The notes under the pieces are model-generated. The model worked only from the letters and a program-made list of their open reading frames with translations, was not told where the DNA came from and made no database searches. Source: Rhina ancylostomus (Eukaryota). From it: 64,000 bases of DNA. Of the stretch, positions 1 through 12,613 are shown in pieces; position 1 is the first letter of the stretch, and the number at the start of each line of letters is the position of its first letter. A program made the translations under genes and the position numbers. Location of the stretch: contig JARFYF010000051.1 of the NCBI GenBank assembly GCA_030265395.1, positions 32,993,434-33,057,433 on the forward strand. Reading direction: 5' to 3'.

Positions 1-70
1 CAGGAAGGTACGAGAAGAGGAAGAGCAGAAGCGGCAACAGTACGAGGCTGAGAGGAAGGCGAGGGAAGAG
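1..70 (+). CDS. CALD1: Caldesmon coding exon, 5'-truncated by the window edge (RKVREEEEQKRQQYEAERKAREE)
   Basis: The frame starting at base 2 matches caldesmon RKVLEEEEQRRKQEEADRKLREE. Phase-0 donor GAG|gtaagg at 71. Confidence 0.9.
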
Positions 71-951
71 GTAAGGATCAAATAGAAGGAAGGGCTGAGG
101 TGGAGGGTGGGAGGAGGCTCCTGTGGATATCCCGGCTGCAATTCGCCACTGGACTCCATGTAACCCACTGGAAACTTGCTCTTGGATCCTGCTGTAGCTC
201 AGACCTGGCACAGATTCTGTGGGGCCATTTACTTCACTGGTGACGCTATAGATGTGAGAGTGAAATGTTAGAATCAAAGAATCGAACAGCACAGAGAAAG
301 GCCCTTCAGCCCACCACATCTATGCCAGCCATCAAGTATCCATCTACACTAATCCCATTTACCAGCACTTAGCCCATAATTGTTAAATTATTTGCTTGTT
401 TTGACTTCTTTTTGTTTAAAGATGCCTTTATGTGTTATGGGTGATTTCATATTTTTACCACACTTTTCAAAAAAATGTGTTTATTTCATTTTTTAAAGTC
501 TTAAATGTTTTTGCATGACATGGANNNNNNNNNNCAGGGTACAAGGGGGGAGCATAGTGGGGGAAGATCTATGGAGGGGATGAGCAGTGCTCTGGGGGAG
601 ATTCAGAGCTATGGGTGGGACGGGCCACTGCCTTTTACCAATAGTTTCCAGAGGGATTCATAGGTAGAGCTCGTTTCAGTCCATTGCATTTTCTACCCAT
701 CACGTGGGGCCTAATCGCTGGACTTTAGGACAGCATTGTCAACAAGATCAGGCAAAAGGATCCAGACAGGAAAGCTTGGGCCAAAGAGGAATGTAAGTGA
801 TCAAAAATCTAGACCCTAATTAGTTTAATCTTCCAAGTGGGGATTGAACGGATAACTCTTCAGCTCTGACATGAGAGTGCTAACACCTGATGGCAGTTTA
901 AGTGCGTGAAATGCCCAAGAAGGTAATTTTAACATCTGGTCTTGCTTTAAG

Positions 952-1092
952 GAGGAGAAGAGAAAGCTGAAGGAAGAGATTGAGAGACGAAGGGCTGAGG
1001 CAGCAGAGAAACGCCAGAAGCCAGAAGATGCCGAGACAGCTAATGATAATGAGCCCTTCAAATGTGTGAACCCTCGTGGTTCTTCCCTAAAA
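952..1092 (+). CDS. CALD1: Caldesmon exon (EEKRKLKEEIERRRAEAAEKRQKPEDAETANDNEPFKCVNPRGSSLK)
   Basis: Acceptor tttaag|, donor |gtatgt, 141 nt, phase 0-0. Close match to human EEKRRLKEEIERRRAEAAEKRQK...PFKCFTPKGSSLK. Confidence 0.96.
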
Positions 1093-2789
1093 GTATGTAC
1101 TCAGCGAGCTGTATGATTCCTACCCTGCGAACTGAAATGTGCAACTAAAAGACATTTGACTTTCATTTAAAAACATTAATTGTATTTCACAAATAATATC
1201 TTGGAGGTTGTTTGGAAACCACACAGTGAGGTATTTTTGTGGGTGGTCTGAAATACCTCACTAGCGGGGAAGGAAACCAAATAATATCTCTGATCTATCA
1301 TCCTATTGAGATTAGAAGCCCTTAACACCTCTTATATGTTTGTCCCTCCTTCATTGAACAAGGGCAGTATCTGATCAATGAACCTAGCATCTTCCAAGAT
1401 GAGGGCTCCAAACAGATGAACATTTACTCATGATGCTGGGTGTATACCAGAGGCTCTGGAATGGGGATGGACAATTGGGTTTACTCCAAAGTCCCTGGAA
1501 ACTTGATAATGTTTGTACATTACCAGGGTTGAATGCAGGAAGTTCTTAGGTATGTTCATGCTACTATTTTGCCAAATATGAAGTGTGTTCAGGTGCAAAA
1601 AGGTCTTGTTGGTAATTCTTTGACTATTTTGTCCCTTCACCTCTTTCACTGGAAGTTTGATGTCTTTGTGCTCTCCATTTCCAAAGACATTCACCCCTGT
1701 TGCCTCAGCTTGGTGATGTGAGGCTTGCAGGCACATACACAGGCCATATGAGGGCACAGGCTGGGACTGTCCTCTCCTAAGATGTCCATACTTGCATCCA
1801 GTTCCAACAAGGCTCATTCATTATCCATTGGGAGCTTGGGTTAAGGATGATTATCCCTTCCCCAATCCAATGGCGTGAGACAAATTGCAGCAGGCCATTA
1901 CAATGGCATTTCATTGACTGTGAAATATTTTGAAATGTCATAAGCTTATGAAGGGCATTATACCAATGCAAGTCTTTCTTTTTGACTGTAATTCCCTTGT
2001 GCCAGCTACCTTGTCTAATCAAGGTTTAAACTAGTCATTGGTGGAAAAGTTTCTTTGTCATCAAGAGAGTCAGATCTACTTTTGAATTTATGGCAATCTG
2101 AGATTCCCTTTCTTAAAGACACAGAAGTTTGNNNNNNNNNNNNNNNNNNNNNNNNNNNNNNNNNNNNNNNNNNNNNNNNNNNNNNNNNNNNTAAGACATA
2201 GTAAATTGAATGATTTTGCCTCAAAAGATATGCACCTGTCACAATCTCAGGACATTATACCCAATAAACCATTTTCTGATACATGGTTATGATGTACTAC
2301 AGAGAAAAGAAGCTGTCAGTTTGTGCAGAACTACCTTCCACAAACAGCGATGCATTCATGACCAAGTACCAGGCTGGAAATTCTTGTGCACTTGCAAACA
2401 CATGCTAAAGTAGTACCATGTAGTGAGCCCTTTCCATTTTTGTGAAGGGCTGGAGGGGACTGATGTCCCCATGCATACAGCATGCAATATTTTGTGCTCG
2501 TGGGTGTTTTGTGAATCTGCACAATGGCACAGAACCTGGGCAGTATAACCTGTCTAAGTTTGTTGCAATTTCACACTCGGGTGGCAAGGTGAGCCGTGAG
2601 AGGGACATAGAGACTGCAGAAGAATACGGACAGATTAGGTGAGTGGGAGGATGACAGATAGTGGGGGAACACATGAAGTGATGGGAAGAACGGAAAAACA
2701 GGATACTTTAAACGGTGCAAAATTTGTTGCTGCTTTGGTGGATCTTGATATGCTAGTTTGTGAAATGCAGCATGTCAACATTCAGGCAC

Positions 2790-3530
2790 ATCAAACAATT
2801 AAGGAGACACTGGTACACTGGCTTGCATTGCAAGGGAGTGGACTACAAAATTATTAGCAGTAATTGGGCAAGACTTTGCTGAGGTTTCTTTTGAAATATT
2901 GCATGTAGGTTCCATCTCTACACCTCATGAAGGATAAACCTGCCTTGGATCAGTCCATTGCAGATTCATTAGATTGATTCCTGGGATGTGGTGTTTGTCC
3001 TACAAGTGATCCAACAATTGAGGTCTGTTGTCTCAGGAGTTTCAAAGACTTGAGAGCTGATCTCATTGAAATCATTTTCTGATGTTCCTTAGATTCGGGG
3101 TCAGTTCCTGAGGATTGGAGAATGGCTAATGTTATCCCACTTTTTAANNNNNNNNNNNNNNNNNNNNNNNNNNNNNNNNNNNNNNNNNNNNNNNNNNNNN
3201 NNNNNNNNNNNNNNNNNNNNNNNNNNNNNNNNNNNNNNNNNNNNNNNAATGGTCTACTTCTGCTTCTATTGTCTATAAAAACCCAGGATTCTTAGACGGA
3301 TTGACAGGGAAGATACTGAGAGGATGTTTCCTCAGACTGGGGAGCCCAGAACCATGGGATAATCTTAGAGTAAGAGACTGAGCTGAGGAAGAATTTCTTT
3401 ATGTAGATGGTTTATACCTTAAGGATTTTCTATCTCAGTTGATTGTGGCTGCTCAGTAGTTAGTATATTGAAGGTTGGGATCAAAAGATTTTTGACACCA
3501 AAAGAATCAGAGGATTTGGGGATTGGGTCA
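2790..3530 (+). mobile_element. Degenerate CR1 LINE fragments spanning a gap
   Basis: CR1 ORF2-like pieces such as gaggattggagaatggctaatgttatcccact (EDWRMANVIP) and gagaggatgtttcc. Confidence 0.6.
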
Positions 3531-4973
3531 GAATTCCGATGAGATGCGAGATCTGGGGGCAATTCACTCTGAGAAGACAAAGATAAGTTTAAGTCTAAAT
3601 TCTTATTTCCATTTGTAGGTGATCTTTTATTAAAACTGGGCATTTTTACCAGAAAAAAGAAAAGATGTTAAAGGATGTGACATTTTTCACACCGAGCATG
3701 ATTAGAGTATGGAATATTTTACTGTTAATTTTTTACCAAGGCAGGGGTTAGGGAGCTGATTCCCGAAGTGTATTATGTGGCCTTTATAACATGCTTTATG
3801 AGAAGTGAAAAAAGAAGGTAAGTGGATATAGAAAAGATGTACTGAACTGTAAATATTGTGAGTAGCTCCAATAATATTTCCAAGATCCTGAAAGTTAAAC
3901 ATCAATTGTTTACATGCCTGTACCTTTCTGCAATCTGTTTCAGATCTGCCAGTATATGTGCATCCTGTTTACCGTATGTGTCTGCCTATATGACGTGCAA
4001 TAACTCTTTTGCTGAGATGCTGTGTGCTTCTTTACTTGGTTAATACTGTTCACCACTGATAGATGTAAACACTCCAAAAGAAAGATTGTTTCATGAATTC
4101 AACGATCTACTGAACTAGTTCTTTGCATTGAATGCATGCTGGGAATTGTATCCCAATTAACCCTTTTATAATGACATCAGAATTTATACCCAGTGGAAAA
4201 CTTATTCCTTCATCCAGTTGATCAGGGAACTTCAGATTTTTTTCTGACATTTTATGAAAACAATTAAGATTCAATAATGTTCTAAATATGTCACAACCAT
4301 TCCACCTCATAATTGCTCAGAATATGACAGACTATTTGAAAGTGACTGTAAGATAAACATTCTTTCTCTCTCTCTTTCTCCCTCCCTCTTTCACACTTAC
4401 ATACACATGAACAAAAAAACACACACAGTAAAAGAATCAGTCTATGTCAGTAGACTGCTTTCATCTACACTGTCACTATGTTGTGTAACTTATATACACC
4501 ATTCTATACACCCAAATGTTAAACAAACCCCCATTATGTCTGTCACGTAAGATAACAGACTTAAGACAAAGAAAGGCACACAAAAGGATTGAAACTTTTA
4601 TCTGTCTAGTTTGTTATAACTTAACTAGAAAAAGGAGAACTCTAAATGCAGCTTCTAATTGAAGATTATGTCAGTGGCATATTGTGTAGTAATTCAGCTA
4701 TTTGTATTCCCAATTACTTTGAATAATTAGATTTTCAATACATTTTGAATGGATGAATCAAATGTAGAGGGAAGATGATGAACAAATAGACATTGTTGTG
4801 CTAATGCAGCATCTTGGTCCAGTCCCATTTTGAGTTCTGATTTATGGCCTTGCCTTAAATTTAGAAAACGTGTGGCAAACCTTAAGATGTCCATAAGGCA
4901 AACCTGGTGTATCTTCAGTCACATTCAGTGCCTCTTGAGGCACTGTTCAGAGCTGAGCTGATTTCCACCGCGG

Positions 4974-4992
4974 TGGCGCCATCTGCAGGCCT
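4974..4992 (-). promoter_or_regulatory. CTCF-like binding motif
   Basis: The minus strand reads AGG-CCTGCAGATGGCGC-CA, close to the CCASYAGRKGGCRS consensus. CpGs are retained locally. Confidence 0.55.
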
Positions 4993-5134
4993 CCAGCAGA
5001 GTAACACCTTCTTGTAAAATGCATCTGAGCCTGATGTGCACCTTATAATTTAGGAAGTACATTCACTAACCCTGAACCCCCAGCAGAGATATACATTTGA
5101 AAGGACTATGCATTAAGATGTGTATTGATGCCCC

Positions 5135-5430
5135 ACTGCTCCAGCAAACTGGGTTCAATCCTGACCTTAGCTGCTGTCTGTATGGAGTTTGCATGTTCTC
5201 CCTGTAACTGCGTGCGTTTCCTCTGGGTGCTCTGGTTTCCTCCTCATCCCAGAAAGATGCTGTTAGGTTAATTGCCCCTAACAGGGGTGGATAGCAGAAG
5301 AATCAGGGGGTGTTGATGGACACAGAGAGAGAACAAGTTACAGAGAAATGGTGGGGCAGAGGGACTGAAGGGAATGCTCTGAGAGCAGGCATAGACCTGA
5401 TGGGCCAAATAGCCCCCTTCTGTTCTGTAA
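5135..5430 (+). mobile_element. V-domain (HE1-like) tRNA-derived SINE
   Basis: B-box gggttcaatcc and the V-domain ggagtttgcatgttctccctg...gtttcctctgggtgctctggtttcctcc. Confidence 0.8.
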
Positions 5431-5532
5431 GAACAAGTATAAAAGCACCATAGCAGATATTCACTGATCTCCCCTAATAGTTCTTTGAACTTAACATTGA
5501 GAACCATTGGATTAGTTAAGAGAACATGACAA

Positions 5533-6915
5533 AAGAACATAGGAAATAGGAGCAGGAACAGTCAGCCACTCGAGCCTGCTCTGACTTTCAAAATGAAGAT
5601 AGCTGATATAATCTTGGCCTCAACCCCACTTTCTTGCTCTCTCCCCAATGTCCCTTAACTCTCTAGTAATTTGAATGTCTGTCAATTTCATATATTCAGC
5701 TCAGCCGTCTAGGATAGAGACCCCCAAAGAGTTATAACCCTCTGAGAGAAGAAATTTCTTCTCAACTCCACCTGAAATGGGTGACTCTGCCTTCAGTGCT
5801 AGAAACCTCCTCTCAACATCAACCCTGTCAATCTCCCTCAGAATCCTGTTTCAATGAGATCACCTCTAGATCCAGTGAGTATAGGCGCAATATTTCTTCA
5901 TACATCAAACCCTGATTCCCAGGAATCAGCCAAGTGAACTTTCTCTGTGCAGTCTCTGTGCAAGCACATCCTTCCTGAAATATGGAAACCAAAACTGTGC
6001 ACAGTACTCCAGGTGCATCTCCCCAGTGCCCGGTAAGGTTGCACCAAAATGTCTCTACTTCATACCCATTGTAATGAAGTCCAATGTTCCTGCTTGCACT
6101 ACCTGCTGGCTAACCTTTTGTGATTCATGTACTAGGAGCCCCAGATCCCTTTGTTTCACAACATATTGAAGATTCAATCCATTTAAGGAATAATTCACCT
6201 ATTCATTCGTGCTTCCAAAGTGAATAACCTTACATTTTCCCACATTATACCCCATCGGTCAATTTCTTGTCCAATCATTTAACCTATCCTAAACCCCTTT
6301 GCAGGTTCTTTGTGTATGCCTCACAACTCGATAACCCACCTATTTTTCACCAGCAAATCGCCAGTACCCTCAGACCCTTCATCCAAGTCTTCATTATACA
6401 TTGCAAATCGCTGACTTGCCACTGAGTGTCAATTCAAAGATGACCCATTTATCCTGACTCTGTATTCTGACAGTTAGCCACTTCTCCATTGATGCAACTT
6501 ATAATCCCCAAATGTGCGCTGTCTTGTGCAGTTAGCTTTTATGTTGTACCTTTCTGAAGGTCCAAATTCACTCCTCTTATTGGTTCCCCTTTATCCACAC
6601 TGTATGTCACAGCCTCAAAGAATTCCAGTAAATTTGTCAATTGTAATCTCCCTCCCATAAAACCATGTTGACTTTGCTTGATTGTCTTATGATTTTCTAT
6701 ACATACTGCTTTTACCTCCCTAGTAGTGGATTCCAGCAATTCTCAATGATAAATGTCAGGCTAATTGATCTATAGTTTCCTGCTTTCTGTCTCTTTCCTT
6801 TCTTGAATGGTGTTACAATGTGGTTTTCCAGTCCTCTGGAACCTCTCCAGAATCGAGGGAATTTTGGTATGTTACATACGATGCATCCACTATCTCTGCA
6901 GCCAGTTCCTAAGAT
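5533..6915 (-). mobile_element. 5'-truncated CR1 LINE (decayed reverse transcriptase and 3' end)
   Basis: Minus-strand ORFs QSQHGFMGGRLQLTNLLEFFEAVTYSVDKGEP and KAGNYRSISLT are typical CR1 RT. The 3' tail is at about 5535. Confidence 0.9.
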
Positions 6916-8103
6916 GTAAGATATTGAAACACAATAAGCAAGTGAATCCAAGATCATTAGATATTCTGTCCTTTTCTCTCTGGGGTGCGAGTAACCTCAG
7001 AGATAACAACTGTATGATAATTGTGGTGTTCTAGCACTGTAAGCTGCAGTGACAAACAAGCAAGGCCATAATGGAATTCATGAAAAAATCTTTTGTTTAA
7101 ATGACCTCTCTAAAACAAAACATTCCTCTAAACCATCACACGAATTCATGTAATATAGAGAAAATCCAATTTCCTAGTGGACACATTTCTGCAAAGACAT
7201 GGGCATCGCTCTGACTTTGAGTTGTAATCTGAAGTTGTGTTTGGTGAGATGCTGAAAAACAGAGATTCCTTTATTGGGGTAAGTTTGTTCATTTGGTTCT
7301 GGTGGGGCAGAATTTCCCCTAACATCAGTGGAAAAAAATCATTGAAGGTGGGCTGATTAACAGTGGAGAGTTATACTTGATCCCAGCATGAGACAAGTAC
7401 AGAATGACAGTACCATAATGGCCTTCCCCGTATCCCCTTCCAGTTTAGCTCTTTTATGGGAATCTGTGAACAGTGAAGTTATTCCATTGGGATTGAGGAG
7501 TCAGAGTGTAATTCAAGATCCTTGTGATTTCATGGGTATTGGAATTAATAGAAAAACATTCCATCAGAGAAATACCACACCAGGTACACTAAGCTGTGAA
7601 ACTTTGCTCAGTCTGCATTTTTGCCTTTTCAGTGTGGCAACAGCAGATAGCTATTTCATTCCTTTACGATGTATTTTAGTTTGTGACCTCGAAAGTGAAA
7701 GCTAGTTAAATTATATATTATGGAAATTGGCAAAAGTACTTTATTACTCTAAAAATATTTTAATGCTGAGGAAACTGTTTATTAATTGTGCTCCTAGTTA
7801 TCCCAGGGTCAATCACAGTGCTGAAGTTTTCTATTTTTGGTGATTTGAGGGAGGTACATTGTACACCCTGTGCACTGCCTTACTGGAAAGATTCCCCAAG
7901 CACCTTGACACAATGTGGATATGGAAATTTTAGGCACACGATTACTCCATATGTTTTTGATTTGACTTCTTGCTGAATCTGATCAGGTGTGAGTTTGTTA
8001 TGGTTTATGCAGTGCCTTTTGTCTGTGAATTATTTCCCAGTTCTTCTGTTTAACAATTCATTTGGTGACTATATTAAACTATTTTTCTTTATTTTAATTT
8101 CAG

Positions 8104-8147
8104 ATTGGTGAAAGGGCAGACTTTTTGAATAAATCAGCGAAAAAGAG
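8104..8147 (+). CDS. CALD1: Caldesmon exon (IGERADFLNKSAKK-S)
   Basis: Acceptor tttcag|, donor AG|gtaaaa, 44 nt, phase 0-2. Matches IEERAEFLNKSVQKS. Confidence 0.95.
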
Positions 8148-8248
8148 GTAAAACCTTTATCAACTCCCTTATAACAGTGTATGTATTTTTCAATGGACTT
8201 GCTTGTTAATTGGGACGAATATCATGAGCAACCAAATTGTATTTGCAG

Positions 8249-8330
8249 CACAACCACCAAGGTTACACGCCCCCTACTGGGTGTCTCCAAGATTGACAGT
8301 AAATTGGAGCAGTACACCAGTGCAATTGAG
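8249..8330 (+). CDS. CALD1: Caldesmon exon (TTTKVTRPLLGVSKIDSKLEQYTSAIE)
   Basis: Acceptor ttgcag|, donor |gtgagt, 82 nt, phase 2-0. Matches VSKIDSRLEQYTSAIE. Confidence 0.96.
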
Positions 8331-9187
8331 GTGAGTGTTCAGCACAGTTATCTGATATTATTACCAATTTTCCTTTACCAGAAATTTTGGGATTTGAATA
8401 AAAATGTAAACATTCAGGAGAATTTCTCAAGACAGCATCAAAATTTAAACTCTTCAATTCTTGAAATATTGGTAGATAATTAAATAAAGCAAATGCATTA
8501 TTATTATATCAATAAATAAGACAATAAATATCTTTGCTTTTACAATTGTATATGCTGAGATAATTTTACTCCACTGGGGGAGCCCTTTGACAAGAATATT
8601 AATAAGGTTTATGCACCCTTAATAAATTGCCTTTCAATGTATTATAAGATCAAGTAAAATAAAGTCATGTTTTTCTTGTCATAAATGAGAACAATACAAA
8701 AACACGGGCAATTCCTAAGGATTCTTATAATGTCCGAGTCCAACTTAAAGGTTGAAAAGCAAAAATTATTCAATCTTTAAAACTAAATTACTTAAAACTT
8801 TAAAAATATTCCAAAACAATTAAAGTAAGCTACATTAATACAAAAAAATAAGTTATTTTTAAGCAAAGTTGGTACTTCAAAGCCACTATTCTCATTCAAA
8901 AAGGTGGCCTGACTATTCCTGCATCTGTTCAAATCTGGTGCACTTTCAGTCATTCGTTTCTCTCTAGTAATTGCTGGGGAATGCAGTCAGTTAGTACTTT
9001 ATTCACATGTCGGGGTCTAGTTATCCCTGGCAAGGTCAGTGCTTATTGCCTATCACTAAATGCCTTGAGCTACCTTGAAGCACAATGTTCCTTGTGGTGA
9101 AGGGAAGGGTTACACAGTGTTGGGTTGGGCGTTCCAGGACATAAGCCCCAGTGATAATAAAAGAACAGTCATATATTTCCAAGTCGG

Positions 9188-9510
9188 TAGGCATGGTGGT
9201 GCAGCAGGTATTATTGCTTCCTCACAGCTCCACAACCTGGGTTGAATCCTGACCCTCAGTGCTGTCTGGAGTTTGTGCATCCTCCCTGTGACCATGTGGG
9301 TTTCCCCTGAGTGTTCCAGTTTCCTTCCAGGTCTCAAAGACCCGCTGAAGAGTGGACCAGTTGGTTACTGTATTGCCCCTAGTGTAGCTGGGTGACAGAG
9401 GATCAGGGGAAGTTGATCGGGTACAGGAAAATACGTGGGGGAATGGGATTGCGCTGAAGAGTCAGCATAGACTCCAAGGCTGAATGGCCATCTTCTATGT
9501 TGTAAGAAAA
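9188..9510 (+). mobile_element. V-SINE inserted into an older minus-strand CR1-like 3' fragment (about 9000-9185 and 9515-9620)
   Basis: tRNA-like head with gggttgaatcc plus the V-domain. The two flanks read as halves of the LINE tail also seen at 62560-62990. Confidence 0.7.
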
Positions 9511-10334
9511 TACGACTGGGAGTGTGACTTGGAGAGGACTCTGCACCTAGTGGTGTTCCCACTCCCGTTGCTCTTTGACCACCTTAGTGGTAGAAGGCAC
9601 AAAATGGAAGTGCAATGGCAGAGCACAGTTGGGGAATCACCAGTAAAGCTGAACTGGAATCATCATGAACCACTGTAACTTGCCAACATGCAGTGCATAA
9701 TCTCTTTCACTGCAGAGTATCAAGAAAACATTCCCAGAATTGTTAAATCAAAAGCTCAAGCTCCTATCTTCCTGAATATATCAGTTAAGAGGAAATTGAT
9801 ACAAAATATCACTCCATTGTTTTCATTAAATAATTATAGGAACAGTATTATCTTGGATAATGACTTTCAGAATGATTTTACTGTCAGCACTTCTGGCAAC
9901 ACGGAAAGGAATGTTGTAAAATCATATATTGGCAGTGAATATCACAAGCAAGGTTGGGAAGCTGTTATTGCAATAAAATCCGTAATATAAATCAGCTTAG
10001 CTGATGAAAAGCACAGCTTTAGCAGTTTGTCCACATTACCCAAACCCTGAGACTAGGCTATGGTCCACAGTTTAATCTTTGGCATTAAAATCTGTAGCTT
10101 TGGAGCATTGTGCCCAAGAGTATATTAACCTCACTTGCACTAAGTGCTCAGTCATTACCAGGATTTGTTTTTGAATTGATTGCAAATAAATCCCTCGCGA
10201 ATTCATGAGTGTTTTATCAGTTCTGAAGTTGACAATGTTCTGCCCATTAAAATTGTGTTTTGATGCTGCTACTCTGTACGTTTGCATAGTCATTCTGCTT
10301 TGAGGGGATTCTGACTACTTTTGTCTCCTTGTAG

Positions 10335-10478
10335 GTTGCCAAAACAACTAAAGGAGGCAAGTCTACAGCTTCAGATCTCCCACTGACAGTGGAAGGGGTC
10401 CGGAACATAAAGAGCATGTGGGAAACTGGTGATGTGTATAGTTCTACTTCCCCATCTAATAAGGGTACACCCAACAAG
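10335..10478 (+). CDS. CALD1: Caldesmon exon (VAKTTKGGKSTASDLPLTVEGVRNIKSMWETGDVYSSTSPSNKGTPNK), first calmodulin-binding Trp motif
   Basis: Acceptor ttgtag|, donor AAG|gtaagg, 144 nt, phase 0-0. Contains the EGVRNIKSMWE and GTPNK signatures. Confidence 0.97.
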
Positions 10479-12517
10479 GTAAGGTATTTCCTGCAGGTCT
10501 TCCTGCCTACATAAGATCACACTGAAATAGAATATAGGTAGGTCAACAGCATGACACTAAATCAAGTCAGTGTGCTGACACTAGCATAAAACTGCTCACA
10601 GGTTTACTGCACTGCTATTTTTGTTCTTAATATGATCTTTGTCCTTTGTTTTTTAACTCTTTATCCCATGGATATGTTTTGACATTCAGTTTTCTACATG
10701 AGGAGAGCAGACTTGTATTTCAAGATACAAGTTCTTCTTTACGAAAGGTAAAGAAAGTGACAAAGTCAATTTAATTAAAATTTCCTTTGGGTTGAATAAA
10801 ATTTCCACTGCTTTACAATTGGTAATAGTCAAAAATTAGATATAATTCTACCTGTTTTCATTATTAATTATGATGATAAATTNNNNNNNNNNNNNNNNNN
10901 NNNNNNNNNNNNNNNNNNNNNNNNNNNNNNNNNNNNNNNNNNNNNNNNNNNNNNNNNNNNNNNNNNNNNNNNNNNNNNNNNNTGATGATAAATTGGTCCC
11001 AAACACAGGTGTAATAAGGAATCAAAAGATGGCAAAGCTGTTTTGTGTTGTAAACACCTCTGGGTTAAAGAGTTAAACATTCAAAATATGCTTGATGTCA
11101 CAGCATCATTCTTCATAAAAAGTCTTTTCATTGTATTGGGCATAATAGATGTTTATTCTAATTGAACCAAAAAGATTTGCCCACTGCTGTGAAATAGAGA
11201 AAATCCAAAAATGCCTCCACCACAACTAAAAAAGAATTATCTTGGTTTGACGTTGCTTGAAATACCCAGGAGTTAACCCTGAATTGTTGCCCACAATTTA
11301 TAACCTCCTCATGGTGTCGGAGATAGTAAGCACACATAAGAAGCACTTTAAATACCTGTGAAATTTCTTAACAGGAGCCTTTGATATGCAAGATATATTA
11401 ACAGAAGCCATGAAATCTTTCACCACAGGAACTTTATCCCAGCAGGCTAAGTAAGAGTACATACATTTAGGATGGAAAGGTAAATTGTTTACAGCTATCA
11501 AATCTGATCTATAGATGAAACTTTTTTTTGAAGGTTCACTCTTGATTTTTAACAGAGAGCAAGAAAAGTTTATTCTTGCTAAAAAATATTTAACAAGAGT
11601 AAATAAAGTGCAACAGTATGGATCACAGAATAATGACTCATAGAGGAAAGTGATAAAATAATCCCACTCCCTGTTTTTTTTCTCTGTGCCTTCCCACATT
11701 CTCCCTACCTTTTCAAATATTTATCTAGTTCCATTTTGAAAATGACTATAGAATCTGCTTCCCATCAAGCAGCACACTTGAGATGATATGCACACATTAA
11801 ATTTGAGATTGGAACAAGCAAGTACTCTACTTCAAAGAATTAAAGTGAAATTGTTTCAGGGTGTTTCCTAAAATGTTATACTCCATGCCTTTGATGACAG
11901 AAATTCGATGCATAAGAAATTGTTTTTGCATTTTATCTCTGATTCTTTTGCAAATTACCTTAAGCAGATTACAGTGCTGCTGCAACTCTATTTAAAAACT
12001 GGGGAATATCTGCTGAGGTGGTTTTCCATTCTCAATGGCCACAGTTGTGTGTAATATGTTCAGGTACTTTCAAGATGCTTTGGCAGGCTTCTCTCAGACT
12101 TATTTTGGCCTAACCAACAGATGGTTCAGACTAGGTAACAGTGTTAGGAGTTGAGATCCTACATCGATTATACTTTGAATTGTTTCAAAGGAACAGACAT
12201 ATAATGTTCTGGAACCACCCCAAGACAATTTCACATTAATAATTTAAATAATCTCAAATCTTTTTTATTATTAAATACTTAACACTCCTTAGGTGATGTA
12301 AGATGATTTTTTTTGTTTGAAAAAGAAATTCATCATGTTCACATTTCAACCCTTAATGTGTTCGGAATCTTAATTACAGAGAACATTTCAGGAAAATCGC
12401 TTTGGTTTAAATTATTTTTTTGACTGTATGTTGTGGTGGCAAGCTTTCAAATCTGACTCGAACTTGCATGCAATCACAAAGAGCTTCACAGGATTCTGTT
12501 TGTGGCTGTCCTTGTAG

Positions 12518-12613
12518 GAAGTAGCAGGCCTGAAAGTTGGCGTTGCCGGTCGCATCAACCAGTGGCTCACCAAAACTCCTGAAACAAACAAATCACCTAC
12601 ATCTAAACCCTCA
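12518..12613 (+). CDS. CALD1: Caldesmon exon (EVAGLKVGVAGRINQWLTKTPETNKSPTSKPS), second calmodulin-binding Trp motif
   Basis: Acceptor ttgtag|, donor |gtaagt, 96 nt, phase 0-0. Matches ETAGLKVGVSSRINEWLTKTPDGNKSPAPKPS. Confidence 0.97.

Noticed and set aside
825-1061. 78-aa minus-strand ORF
   Set aside because: It is the antisense shadow of the caldesmon exon at 952-1092.
1330-2680. Cluster of short Cys/His-rich ORFs
   Set aside because: No continuous frame or splice structure. Most likely a heavily decayed L1/Tx1-type element, but too degenerate to call.
7268-7277. Perfect CArG box CCTTTATTGG in a CALD1 intron
   Set aside because: Several such 10-mers are expected by chance in 64 kb of AT-rich DNA, and there is no supporting context.
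8148-8248. 101-nt intron, the same length as intron 54449-54549
   Set aside because: The two share no sequence similarity; coincidence near the minimal intron size.
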